A model generated the notes under the pieces. That model searched no databases. It had not been told where the DNA came from and saw only the letters and a program-made list of their open reading frames with translations. A stretch of DNA of 64,000 nt from Paramecium tetraurelia (Eukaryota): positions 1 through 64,000 of the forward strand of contig CT868307.1 in the NCBI GenBank assembly GCA_000165425.1. Reading direction: 5' to 3'. Position 1 is the first letter of the stretch; each line of letters begins with the position of its first letter. This document shows, piece after piece, positions 1 to 12,781 of this stretch. A program made the translations under genes and the position numbers.

Positions 1-194
1 GATCGACCAGTTTGTGCCTTCGTGCGGCATAAATTTTTATTCAGGTCAAATATTTATTTTTAAAGCAACATTTAAAGTAAATTTTTTAATTAAACAAATA
101 GAGTATCCATTCAATTTTGTAATTTTTTTAAAATGAATAACACTCTGTGAAAAAAGGTTTTAGATTTTTGCAGGTTAGTAATTAAATAAGCATT

Positions 195-400
195 GTAATA
201 TTGACATCCACTTGGGAAGTCTTATTGATTGATATCGTAATTATCAATGCATGCATAAATCTCCTAATAGTTTTAGTCTTCAGAGCTATTTCAAAAACAA
301 CCTAAACAATGTATCTGTTTGAAGGCAAAACTTCTGTAGTTGTTGTTTTACTATATCTTTGCCTACCTTTTATGTACTTTTTCCTAATGATTTCGGCATT
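195..400 (-). pseudogene. Possible eroded fragment of a Cys-rich surface-protein gene
   Basis: One minus frame reads ...HCLGCF*NSSEDQNYQEIYACIDNYDINQQDFPSGCQYY, with an in-frame TGA. The Cys spacing loosely resembles the repeats of the giant protein at 32485-40885. No intact ORF. Confidence 0.2.
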
Positions 401-1549
401 AAATTAAATGTATATTTTTTTCTCATAATAGCGAAATAAATAAAAATGAGATGGATATGTAAATAACCTTAAATCTTTTGAGCACTTTATTATTAGTTTT
501 TTTCATTTATGAGCCAATCGCTATTTATATAAGAATTGTTATATACAGACCGTTTCTGGACGGTATTAACCGCTATGAATATAACCCAATCAGCCATTTT
601 GTTTATTTCTTTATATATCATAGAAAATCAATAAAATTTACGATTAATTAAATATTCGATGAATTTGATTAAATTTTTATATAACAGTTTGAATAAAAAT
701 CTGGTAAAAGTTTTTACATTTGTATTATTTTCTTTGTTAAGTACTTATTGATGTTCCTCCTCATATTAATTGAACAAAATCTTAATTAGATTTTTGTTGA
801 TTTTAATTTTGTTTTTTATTTGATCATTTTGTGGGTGTGTTGATATAATTATAAAAATAAATCTTATTCTTTTCGAAAATTAATAATTTATTTATATTCG
901 TTGCTTTCTTGGATAAAATTCGATTTTGTCAAATAAATTGGAAAGTTTTTTTATGATAAAACTATTTAATTTATTTTATTCTAAAATTCTGATTTTTGAA
1001 TTATAGGAATTAATATTTTTGTTTATTATTTTGAATTTTCTTTTTTGTTCAATTACTTTTCAATTAATGAAAAAACGAATCAGATGAAGGCTGTTCTGAC
1101 TGATTAATTACTTTTGTAAAAATTTTCTTTGATATTTTATCATTTATAATAATATTTATAATTATAGAATATATTAGAAATTTTATAATAGGTTATTTAA
1201 AATAGAATTAAGTTTTATGTTATAATTGAGGAACAAAAAATATACTCAACTTTAAAATTGTATATAAATTTTTCCTAATCCTTTTAGGTTAGATCAGTAC
1301 TTTATCACATCTTTACTTTTATTAAATGCTGATTGTATAATATCATTTTATGTTTGATCATTATGAAAATCCAAAATTTACAAATCCCATGTATTTTAAT
1401 CCGATTTTATCAATTGTTTTATTTCTTAAATGAACTTTAATTTTATTTTTTTCAATTTAAATTGTAGCTTTGTTTAAATTTATCTCTATATTATGGTGAA
1501 ACAATGAATTATAATTCAGAAAAGTAATAGAATAAATTACTAAATTGAC

Positions 1550-2960
1550 AATAAAAAACACATTAAATCCATCCTAAACAGCTTTTTCTTTGTTATAAAA
1601 GCCTCAGATAAAGAATTGATGTATATTCTAAAGCGTCATTGTAATTATCATTGAAATAAACATATTTCTGTGGGATATTAAATCTCTTATGATATTGACA
1701 AGTTTTATTCTATGCTTGAAAAATATGCATGGATTTCGAAATTTCTTTCCCAGTATTTATTAATTTCACTGAATCAGAATTATTTAATGGATTAAACTCT
1801 GTTGAAATAATTAAAAAGTGAGCTAATTTAAATTTGCACCATGCTATAGCATGATATTCAATCAAAAAGCTTTATTTAGCTACTTCTCTGAATTTATAAG
1901 TGTACATCCAGCTTCCACTATGAAGTAGAACACACAAAATGATAGAAATAAAAAAGCAATTCACATAGTATGTCTCGTCATCTGAAAAATGATTGTAAGA
2001 CTTATAACTTAATTAAAGTTAAGTTCAAGAATATTTAAGATATATATAAATAGCTTAGTATTTCTAAATGTTCGAGCTTCTTTAATGATTAATTAAATTA
2101 TATATCCATTATATCTTCATCAAAGCGATTTTATTCACTCTTAAAAATCTCTGTACAAACTGTTGCCTATATTCCCTTATTAAATGAAGTTCAGGGGAAG
2201 GTGACGCAACTTAAAAATTGTGAACACATTTATTTTATTTAAATAGCAAGCAGAAAAATAATATCTTTATAAATCATGTTCATTCAGAATTTGGCAGAAA
2301 TAATTAAAAATTTTATTTTATGAAAAGGATTATTGTTTATGATTTCAAAAGTTATTCAAATTTACTTTAAATGTTCAAAAAACACATATATAGATTATTT
2401 GAAAAATATTTTCTAATTTGTAAAAGTAAAATTTGAAGCATAATTAGAAAACTGTAAGTTTATATTTTTAATCACCAACCTTTATGTACTATCAATATAA
2501 TTCAGTTATCGATTTGTTAATAAGTCTCTATTGGATAGGAGGAGATTTTTACTTCTATTTAATATTAGATTATTGGCTCAACTGATGACAAACAAGATCC
2601 AGAATTCTACGGATAGCTAATTGCATTTATCCCAGAAATTCTTTATGAAATTAATAAATGAGTTATTTAAATAGAGCTCCAATAATAATAAAGCTAATTC
2701 TTGAACATAATTCAAATTTAAAATCAGCTTTACATAATTGTGCAGAAACTACAGAATTCGATTCAAAAAAAAACCAATGAGATGCATTCAAATACTATTT
2801 GAAATGAGTAGAATAACAATTTATTGAAAAAATTGAAATCTCTTAGTGTGTCATCAATTGCGATATTAACTAAAATTAATACTAATCAAATAAATAAGAA
2901 ATAAAATTATTTAAATTACAATTAAATCTAATTAATTCCGATAAATATCCATTGTCGAAT
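1550..2960 (+). pseudogene. Degenerate coding-like tract (probable pseudogene), family unknown
   Basis: Long codon-like runs (e.g. IIGSTDDKQDPEFYGQLIAFIPEILYEINK*VIQIELQQQ...NTI*NEQNNNLLKKLKS) broken by scattered TGA and frame changes. Confidence 0.35.
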
Positions 2961-3024
2961 AATTATTAATTTAAGTTTTTATACTACTTTTGAATTCTGT
3001 AACAATTATAAATTAAATTAGAAA

Positions 3025-4217
3025 ATGTCTACACAACAAGAATTACCAATCATGAATCAGTAAACTCCTTAGCCATCAAGCTAAATTTCAAAAGTTTAAT
3101 ACCCAATACTGAGTAATGTAGTGCCAGCAGCCTAATATATTCAATTGGATGATGTTTAACAAGCAGTAGCCGAGAAGTCAGTTTTGATTGATATTAATTC
3201 AGATAGATCAACATTCCTAATTGAATACTACAAAAAGATATTACTCTAACATACAATCATATTTGGGTTGTTTTTATTAGGATTGACAAAATGGTTTAGT
3301 TCAATAGTTGTTATTCATCACTATTGGTGGAGTTATTTTAGATGGACTTGGTATGTTATTTTAGGATTGCTGATTGCTTTAGTATTAGTACTTCCAATCT
3401 TGAGAAAATATAGATGCATTGTATTCTATATTGTTTATCAATAATTAGGTTTCATAATAATCCAAATTGTTCCATCTCCAATCAGTATTAATAGCATTTC
3501 TTTTAATCGGAGTTGCTGGAAATCAAAGAGGAAATAGCAATCACAAAACAGTAAATGTATGGATCATCTTGGTTTTGTTGATTTTGATTGGTCACGATTT
3601 ACTTCAAATTGTTATAGTGAAAACTCAAAGGACTCATTATTACACTGCTTTAATGAAATTTACTATAATGGGATCATTGGGATTAAATTTCATCGTTGGT
3701 TTGTCACATAAGAACCTTGACAGAGCATTTCCAATTTCTGAAATAATCATCATCTACGCTCTTTATTATTTCAATTAATTGAATGATTAATTATTGAAAT
3801 AGACTCATGAATTACCAGAAGAATTATCAATTTTTGAGAGAATCCAATAGCTTACTTTGATTAGAAATTTATTTAACTAGGAAGCAAGATAGAATCAAAT
3901 AATCGAATAAATATAAGACACTCATTGTGTGATTAGCAAGCATCTTGTAATAGTGATTGGATCAGGTGTTGGATATATTGCAGTTTTAGTGTTGAGTATT
4001 GTAACTGGAAATGGATTTTTGATATTTACAGTGATCTTGGGATCCATCTCAATGTTGAGTGTGATATTAGAGACCTAAGTTGCTTCAAGAGTAAAATTTA
4101 ATTCAATATTTTTCATAGAGTTTAAAACCAGAAGACTCTCATTATGCAGTTTGCTTGACTTATCTTGACATGGCCAGTCCCCTTAGATTATTATTGAGAA
4201 GTTTATTCAATAAATGA
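3025..4217 (+). CDS. Divergent Bax inhibitor-1/TMBIM-like multipass membrane protein
   Basis: ATG 3025 to TGA 4215-4217 with two 28-nt introns (about 3421-3448 and 4091-4118). Several hydrophobic helices. DRSTFLIEYYKKILLQ resembles the TMBIM R.xF+rKVY..L..Q start, and ILETQ...LKPEDSHYAVCLTYLDM resembles the TMBIM DTQ...SPEDY..A...LYLD C-terminus. Confidence 0.65.
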
Positions 4218-4526
4218 ATATCAAAATATTTATAATCATACTTTCATAAGTTAATATATTTAATCTTAAAAAAAGAGGAAAAATAATTTATATTTACAAT
4301 TGTGAAATAAAAGGATTAAGACAAAGAACTTAATCTAGATTTTAATTTCATATTTTGAAGTATCATAGATGAAAATATTAAGTAGTTTTGCGTTGGAAAG
4401 TGTACTTAAATATAGAATGAAATTTCTTCCGTTGTGGCCTAACTTCATTGAGTCTAATGAAATGAGTATTAAATGATTTAAATTTGATGAAAATAAATAT
4501 CATATTAATCAAAAATACAAAATATT

Positions 4527-6075
4527 ATGTTCTCTCTTAATTAAATTAGAACTCCGAAATTTTTATATTGCTTGAGAAACTATAGAGTGAAGAATTAAAT
4601 TTTAGTGATTTAACTTTTAATATTTACTGTGATTATTGCCTTTTTGACGATAGCCTTGGTGATTAATAGAGTAATAATTGAATCTGTGATTGAGAAGGTC
4701 TCGCTATAATTGCTATAAAATATTAATCAAAAGGCTCTTCATAAACAATCAACGTATTTGGAGTACTAAACCTTCTTAACTTTTAATTTTGGCTTTGGCC
4801 TGCTTAATAAAATTAATAATGAAAACTTGTATTTGCTTAAACAATAAAATATTATGTTAGGTAATACACCCTTTAGTTGTGTTGATTATAATGTAAGAGA
4901 TATTCAACCCTTCCAGTATTATCTACCGCAACTCTGTTATTATTATGCTAATCATATTGATTTTGCTTTAATTCCAAAAACAGAAATTGATTAACATTTG
5001 ATAGTTTTGATTTAAATGTTAAACTAATAATTATTGTTAATCGGTTATAGCGAACTGGAACCAACAATTTATTTGACATAATAAGGAGATGGGCAGTTTT
5101 TTGCCATCATTCCATAAAAAATGAGATACCCCATGTACAGACCAAAAGAGAGACAGTGGTACAAGGATCATATTGCAGCTCTGAACAATAGTAATCAACC
5201 TGAAGTGATATCCGAAATCTACAGGAATTACGAAACACAAGAATTCGAATTTACTCTCACTGTTTCATTGACTGATTCAGAATTAGAATTTGATGGAGTC
5301 ATTGCTTTGGACAGCAATTTCCAAGTGATCAAGCCAAAAATAAACTATGATTAATTAAATATTTATCTGGTTGATTTAGATGGTAGGATATTGATTTCGA
5401 ATGTTTACCCCAACATCAATTTTGTCTAAGAGTTGAAGTTCTTTAATGACACTTCAATCACTGGATTTGACAACGAAGACTGGAATGAAGTCCTCAATCA
5501 AATACTTAATTAGAAGGGATAATCAAATTGCCAATTCGACTACAAAAATTTTTGTAGGTACAATAAGCTATTTGAGTAAGATTTGTTTATTCGAGGATTT
5601 GGTATCCACAATAGATTCTATCAAATAGTGTAAGCATATTCAAATATCATTAAGATTCGTAGATTACAAGTTCATGGAGTAGAATGATAATGATACTCAA
5701 TAGTTGAAATCTGAATTGCTAAGCTAAGCAACTGCTTAATTGTTCTATTATAGTATCTACAATATTTCAGGCATTCTTCTTTGCTGGATAATCATGCATT
5801 TCTTTCTAAAACCTTATTATGAATTAACTAGGTTATTTTAATAGACGACTCAAACCAAGTTCAACTAGAAATATGAAATAGCTTTAAGGAAGGTCAAACT
5901 ATTTAAACAGAACAATCTCATTCAAACTGGACTCGATAATCTCTGCAATACTTTATCTAAAATAAGATCCAAAAAATCAAGGGAGTGTCATTATTTGGAA
6001 AATTACAAGTACCCAAAGAATTTAGCCAAAAACGCTTATAAATTCAGATATTATATCAAGCAATTTCCAAAATGA
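4527..6075 (+). CDS. Two-TM membrane protein with extracellular Cache-like sensor domain
   Basis: Continuous frame from ATG 4527 with one 25-nt intron at about 5630-5654. TM1 ILVIQLLIFTVIIAFLTIALVI; Cache motif YRPKERQWYKDH; GVIALD and IYLVDLDGRILIS; TM2 near 5740-5810. First TGA at 6073 (see findings for a +1 continuation to 6199). Confidence 0.75.
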
Positions 6076-6582
6076 TTCGTTAATCTAAATTTAGAAATCC
6101 CAAATACAATAATTAGAGAGATCAATTAAAACAATTTACAAGGAGGTGTTAGAAACACTGGCCGTAAACAACGATGAATTTTACTTTAAATTGATGTGAT
6201 TAGTATTTTAGTTAATGTTTTTCAATTTAACTTTTACTAAATATATTATATTAAGTAAATTTATATTTTAAATATAGTATAATTGGATATTAATATATAT
6301 TGACTTAAATTAGATTTTAAGGTAGACCACTCAAATGCTAAAGTTGATAGTTAACAAATCAACAACATAAGTATTTGGTGTGTGTTTTTTTTGGAGAAGG
6401 TCTCAAAAATTACAGACTTAGACAAAAGGATGAGATATGAAACATTAAAATTATTGACTTTCCATAACTAATCAAATTTGAATTTATATTTATTGTCAAA
6501 ATATATAGAAATTTTTTTCACATTATGTTTAATGTTATTCTGTATTTTGCAAAATTAAATAAAAAAGTGATTAAATTAAATA

Positions 6583-9291
6583 ATGGGATATATAAACACC
6601 TTGATAAGCATAATGATTACTTCAACGCTCTTGGGGTTGATACTATTTTTTAGGGGAGTTTTCATAGATAGATATTATATTAGGGATAAAGCTGAAGGAA
6701 AAATAGAAAAAGCAGATCCTGTTGTATTGATAGTAATAGATTCATTTAGAATGGATCTAGCAGTTAGCTACAATTTCAACTTTATCTAATAAAGAAAAAG
6801 CGATCCTTAATCACTTATTTTTTTATCTTTAGCTGAAACTCCCTCAGTCACTGGACCTCGAATTCAAACCATGACTACAGGTAACTTCGCTCCATTAACG
6901 AAGGTCTTAGATAATTTTCATGATTCAGAGGTAACATCTTGCATTGATGTAGATTGTTGAAGATAGTTTCATACATTAAGCAAAAATGGGTGGGAAGAAA
7001 ACATTATTCATCGGAGATAATAACTGGCTTGGACTCTATCCTAACGAATTTACTTAGGCTCATCCTTTAAATAAAATGAGAGTCAACTCCCAAGCAATGT
7101 ACGTGGTTGATAAAAAGTTTGAAAAATTATTTCACTAAAACTTTAATTAGAAATTCGATCTGACTGTCATCCACTTTTTAGGAATAGATTATGTGGCACA
7201 TGAATATAATAGAATTGTTTAAAATAAAATCCTTGATGAGCAATTAGAATAATTGAGTGATATAATAACAAGAATTTATTAAAGGTTATCAAATGATACC
7301 ACTCTAATTATAACAGGTGATCATGGTATGTTGAATGATGGCAATCATGGAGGTAACAGTTCATTAGAAACTAACACTGTATTCTTTGTAACTAAAAAAA
7401 ATGCTCATTATGATAAATACTTTATGAAAAAATTTGATGGATTTCGAGATGACTATGAAACAACGTTGGTTTCAAAGGATTCATATATAAGAGCAATTAA
7501 ATAAGTCGACATAGCCCCAACCTTGGCTAAACTAATTGGAGTTCCAATCCCATTTAGTAATATTGGAATGATAATCCCAGAAATATTTCCAAGTGATATT
7601 GTCAATGATTATTGTGTGGAGAATTTGAAGCAGATGTTTCACTATTCAAAAAAGGTCAAATAAGAATAAGGCCTATTTACTAAGGCTCAAATTAAGTAAT
7701 GGAGGAATAAGATTGACAAAGTTTCGAATTGTGCTGAAGCCATTCCAATCATGGAAGAAATTCATCACGAAAGTAGAATTATATGGAACAATTACAATGA
7801 GCTCTTGATATTCCTTTCAATTATCTTCTAGGTCCTCACTTTGGTGCTCTATATTACCACTTTATTGAATATTAAATATGTTAAAGACTATTCGCTTTGG
7901 ATTACACTCGTAAAATTAGTCAAATAAAAATATAATATTTATAGTAAGCAAATATTCATAGGACTATTTGCATTGTCAAGTTTGATTTTATTTTTAGAGG
8001 TAGAAGTCTTTATAGCAATTTTATTAATTATAGGAATTACAATCATCCTGATTTTTTCAATAGTTTAATTATACCAATGTATGAAAGAAGAATCTGCTAC
8101 ATATTCATCCTTGAACAAGGATCCTGTGAATCATAGAAAAGAATTCCAATACTTCAAATTTTTTATTTTAGCCATATTTTTGCATAAAGTGTACCGTTAA
8201 GGATCTCTGTTGTTTTCAATTGATGCTGAAACTATTGAACATAACGAATTGTTTGATTAGATTTTCGATTTGTTATTCATGAGTATTGTCCTAAACATCA
8301 TGGTGTTACTCAAAACCTATTATGATTCTGGATAATCAAAGAGGCATTTTATTTAATTAGCTAAGTCTATTGGAGAATAGTTAATGATTGGAGTATTGGC
8401 TTTGATTCTGCTCCAATTAGAATATCTATATTATGAACTCAGTCTTGAACATTCTTTCAAAAATTTAAGAAAGAAGAAGTAATTAATTCATATTTATTTC
8501 CCCTGTATTTTGCAACATGCTCTATTGTTTTACTATTAGAAATTGGGGAACAAAAATAGATTTACTAAGGTAGTAGCCCATTTGTTTCTATTGATCATTC
8601 AATTCTATTTCGTTGTACCTTAGATATCTTTATTTGATTAAAATAGAACTCTTATACAAAACTCCCTCAAAGCCTTAATCTTTTGTATGCCATTTTTTTA
8701 CATCTACGCTAAGGACTTGGTTTTCTTCTTAATTCCCACATAATTGGCGACATCCTAATATGGAATTGCGATTTATACTTACTTCATAATACTGATGTTG
8801 CTGGTCTATATTTTATCGAAACCATAATTGAAGGTACTATATATAGTAATACATTTAATTAGTATAACAAATTGATTTTTGTTGCAATAATTTCATTAAT
8901 TTGCTAATACACATGGTTTATGATAGGCAATTAATGTTCTATATCGGCGGTTCAACGTGCAACAAAAAGAATAGGATTTACGACCACTAATGGTGTGGAA
9001 CTGCTTCTAATAATAGTTTATCTTCTTATAGGCCCATATGTTGGGGGTTGCTTAGTCTTGAAATTTGTAGGGAGTATGCTGAAGGAAGAGAAGGATGAGT
9101 TAAGAGAGTCAGAGTAGGAGAACACTAATAAGGAGATAAAACTATATTTTCTGCTTAACTTTTATCTTTAGATATTGTTTACCTAATTCCACAATTATAA
9201 CAATTTGGGCGGATATACAACAATTTAATTTAAGTATATCTTTGATGTGGTTGGATATATGATAATTTGTTTATTAGTTTATATTTAATGA
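6583..9291 (+). CDS. GPI ethanolamine-phosphate transferase (PIG-O/PIG-G, Gpi13/Gpi7 family)
   Basis: Alkaline-phosphatase-fold motifs VVLIVIDSFRMD, PSVTGPRIQTMTTG, IGDNNWLGLYP, HFLGIDYVAH, TGDHGM..GNHGG, QVDIAPTLAKLIGVPIPFSNIG, then a multi-TM C-terminus. Intron at 6931-6952. Confidence 0.9.
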
Positions 9292-9319
9292 AATATATTA
9301 ATGATTTATATAATATCCC

Positions 9320-10172
9320 TCAATAGTCTTCGATCTGTGCTTTGTCGTTGAAATATTTAGCATGGTATTAAGGATTGCGTCCATAGGGCAATTCCTCAAT
9401 CAAATATCTACTGGTGAAGATTCCGTCTTTGACTTCACCAGGTGCTTTTGGTCCTCCCATGTCAGTTTTAACCCTACGAATAATGAGAATGGTAGCAATA
9501 CCAGCCAGGATGAACACAAAAGATGGACTGATTGGGTTGGACTAAGTCAGCTAAGACGTGCCTGGCATAGGCATTAGTCAATACTTTAGAGACCTTATAG
9601 AGTGGTTAAATGTGGGAAGACCAGATTCCGTAATTGCCCTCTTTGTAATTGTGAATCAAATCTCTGGCGAACTATAAAATTTATTGTTTTGTCAATTTCT
9701 CTTATAACAATTTTTAGGTAGAGGGTGGTTATAATTTTAGCTTTCCGAGCATAGAAGAAATTAAAATGATCTAAAAATAGCATAATGCAATTACCTTTCC
9801 ATCTTGAGTGAGTTAGGGTAATATAGTTTCTGTTAGATTAATTATTCCGAACAAATTAGTATTCATAATGTCAAAGGCCTTATTTTCTAATTGATTTTCA
9901 TCATTCACACCAGCATTATTGACAATTACATCAACAGTGGTGTTGGTTGAGAGCATCCATTTGTGAAATGCCTTGACGCTGTCAAATCTGGAAACATCTA
10001 ATTCTTGTGTGGTGATGCTTGCATTTGGCACTATGGCAGTAATTTTACGCTTGGCTTCATTAAGGCTACTGAGATTTCTGGCTGTCAAGAGTATATGATG
10101 CTTTGGGGACAAGACTTCAGCTAGTTTAAATCCGAGACCTCGATTTCCTCCAGTGATTAAGACTTTTCTCAT
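9320..10172 (-). CDS. Short-chain dehydrogenase/reductase, carbonyl-reductase-like
   Basis: TGGNRGLG NAD(P)-binding motif, VNNAG, YKVSK catalytic motif, HPGW near the C-terminus. One small intron at about 9775-9795. Confidence 0.9.
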
Positions 10173-10362
10173 TTTTTTAAAATATAAATGTTTATAAATA
10201 GTATATAAAATCTTATGAAGTAAAAAGATTTATTATAATTTTTGATAAAGTAAAATAATTTTATCAATATGAAATTAATTCTGAAGATAATATTAAATTA
10301 AAAATCCACTTTATATAAAAATACTTAGTAATTAGGTATTAATAAAATAATACATTTCAAAA

Positions 10363-10960
10363 ATGCTAATAACAATATTACAATTGCTGTCAATTGTTGG
10401 AGGAATCTACTTCTATCATTTCGAATTTGGCATTATCTAAGTGCATTTGTAATATAAGATGACTCAAGAAATTATTTAGGTAAAATGAATCTACCATCTC
10501 CAAAAATAGAATACTCATCAGTTTTATTCCTTTTCTAAATGAAATTTAAGATTTATTATGTGTTTGCAATGAATATTAGTAATAAAGTTCAGATTTTATT
10601 CACAATATAAACAATGATCATATTTAGCATTACTACAAATTTAATCAACTGATCAAAGTCTTGAGTATAATATAAGATATGAGCTCTTCACTTCCAGAGT
10701 AATAGTATTAATTTTCTTAATATTATTGAACATATTGTAAAATATAAGAACCCTTAACAGATTCAATAAAATTCATTAATACATACCAAATTGAATTCTT
10801 ATATTAGAAGTACAAGAAATATTTGGTTTAACTTATTTTATTATCATTTATATCATGAAGGCACAACAAATCCATTATTGAATTAAATTTATATTTTATT
10901 GTATTAGATTTTTGGAATTACATGCTTATTTTTTAAGCAAATACTTGATGAAATCTATGT
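10363..10960 (+). pseudogene. Possible degenerate gene remnant
   Basis: Signal-peptide-like start MLITILQLLSIVGG, then an early TGA and frame-broken codon-like sequence. Confidence 0.2.
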
Positions 10961-11054
10961 TTAGGAATTTATTTAAAAAGAATAGCAATTTATGTTTAAA
11001 TTATTTATATTGATTTTTCAAAATTTTGTACAAAATAATGAACAACTTTATTTT

Positions 11055-12096
11055 TCATGATTTTTTTTGATTTCCTTCTTTTCTTAGATTGGCAGATTGC
11101 TTTTATATAGTTTTTATTCTTCAATTTGATCAAGAATAATTAGAGCATCAAATTTTAATGTTAATTCAAATACTTTTTTAATAGGTAGAATATTTTAATT
11201 ATTAAGTAGTTCTTTTATATAATTGTACACTTCTGAATTTAGTGTTTCAGCAGCAATACTAATATCGTTATGATTAGCCCCTTCTACTTTAATGAATGCA
11301 AATAAATTCTAGCAACATTTGGATAATTGTTCAGAATGATTAATTTTAATTATGGTATCTTTGGTACCATGGAAGATTAGGATTGGAGCTGTTATTTTGT
11401 CGATAATAGATTGATTGGAAAATTTATCATGTTCCGAATAGAAAGAATTTCTGTTGTCTATGATTCTTCCCAAAGATGCCAAAGGAGCTTATAGAATGAT
11501 TCCAGAAAGTTGAAATTATGTTGCAACTTCCACAGTGGGATAGGAACCAATGGAGTATCCCCACAAAAAGATGTAGTCATATTGATGTTATGCAAGAGCC
11601 ACGACATTAGAGAGATCTCTTGAGATGCCATATCTATTAGATAACAATAATACTCTGATGGTTTCATAGTTTTTTTTGTGATTCCATATCCTGAATAATC
11701 ATAACAAATCACGTCAACTTAATACAGCTCGCAAATTTTGGCACCCCACCTGGATGTCAAAGTCAAATCCATCGCATTGCTGTGAGAGAGGATGATGACT
11801 CTATCTGAATTGCATGAATAATGAATTATCGGAACATATGATACAATTACATTATTTTCAATTTCTTTTAAAATGGAAACCCTATACTGGATGTTGTAAC
11901 ACTAATTTAAGTCAATCCAATTGTCATTCACTTTCATACTGAATTCTAATCCATTGAAATCTAAACTGTTTTTTATCTGGTAAGTTGGATTTGGAGGTTA
12001 AAAAATGAGATTATGTTCAATGGCTTCAGTCAACCCAAATTTATTGATTAATGACATCTTCCAAGATTCTCTAACTTGTTTATTATTGTTCTACAT
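11055..12096 (-). CDS. ABHD17/ABHD13-like alpha/beta hydrolase (putative depalmitoylase)
   Basis: FQPPNPTY, ILSHSNAMDL, YDYSGYG, nucleophile motif GYSIG, IFHGTKD and GANHND (Ser-Asp-His triad). One 20-nt intron at about 11633-11652. Confidence 0.88.
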
Positions 12097-12125
12097 GTAA
12101 ATTATAATATATATATTATGTGTAA

Positions 12126-12718
12126 TCACTTTTTCTAAGTAAAAATGTCCTTGATCACTTTGAACAACAAATCAATATTGTTATTCTACTGAGCTGACAC
12201 CTCTATATATTGATAGGATCTTTGTTTGGCCCAATTGTAACCTTCGTTCTCCGACATACTTCTCTTCTCCTTCTTATTGCCCACAACCAAAATGGGGATA
12301 TTGGCAGCACCATAATCATTGGCTTCTCTAACCCACATGTCCAAAGTTTCCAAAGTTTTACGAGACGACAAATCGAACACCAACATTATCATATTCGCAT
12401 CTTTATAAAATTCATTTCTAACTTCTACAAATTCTTGTTGTCCACTGAAATCCCAAAAGTTCAACTTTATTAATCAAAATGTAATAACTTACAGAGATGT
12501 TTGATGATGGTTGGACATGTTTGAAATCAACTGCTATTGTTGAATTGTATTTCTCTGAAAAATCACCATTGATGTATCTGTCCAAAATTGCTGTCTTTCC
12601 AACAAATGGATCCCCAAGTACTAGGATTTTGTATTACTCATAATTATCTTTATTCTTGTTTATCTTGATCGTCCCTGGTCTAATGTGAAAATTCAATTTA
12701 CTTCGTTATTGTTCGCAT
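12126..12718 (-). CDS. RJL-family (RabJ-like) small GTPase without J domain
   Basis: P-loop GDPFVGKT, STIAVDF, WDFSGQ, the RJL signature EVRNEFYKD, VVGNK and EVSA. No C-terminal Cys prenylation site. Two small introns. Confidence 0.8.
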
Positions 12719-12781
12719 TATAATAATAATCAAAAATACTTGTGATATACAAATTAATACCACGCATTCATATTTTAAAAA

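Noticed and set aside
510..600. Short GC-richer island with ACCGT...ACGGT inverted repeat and two CCAAT motifs
   Set aside because: The stem is too short and there is no recognisable ncRNA or downstream gene.
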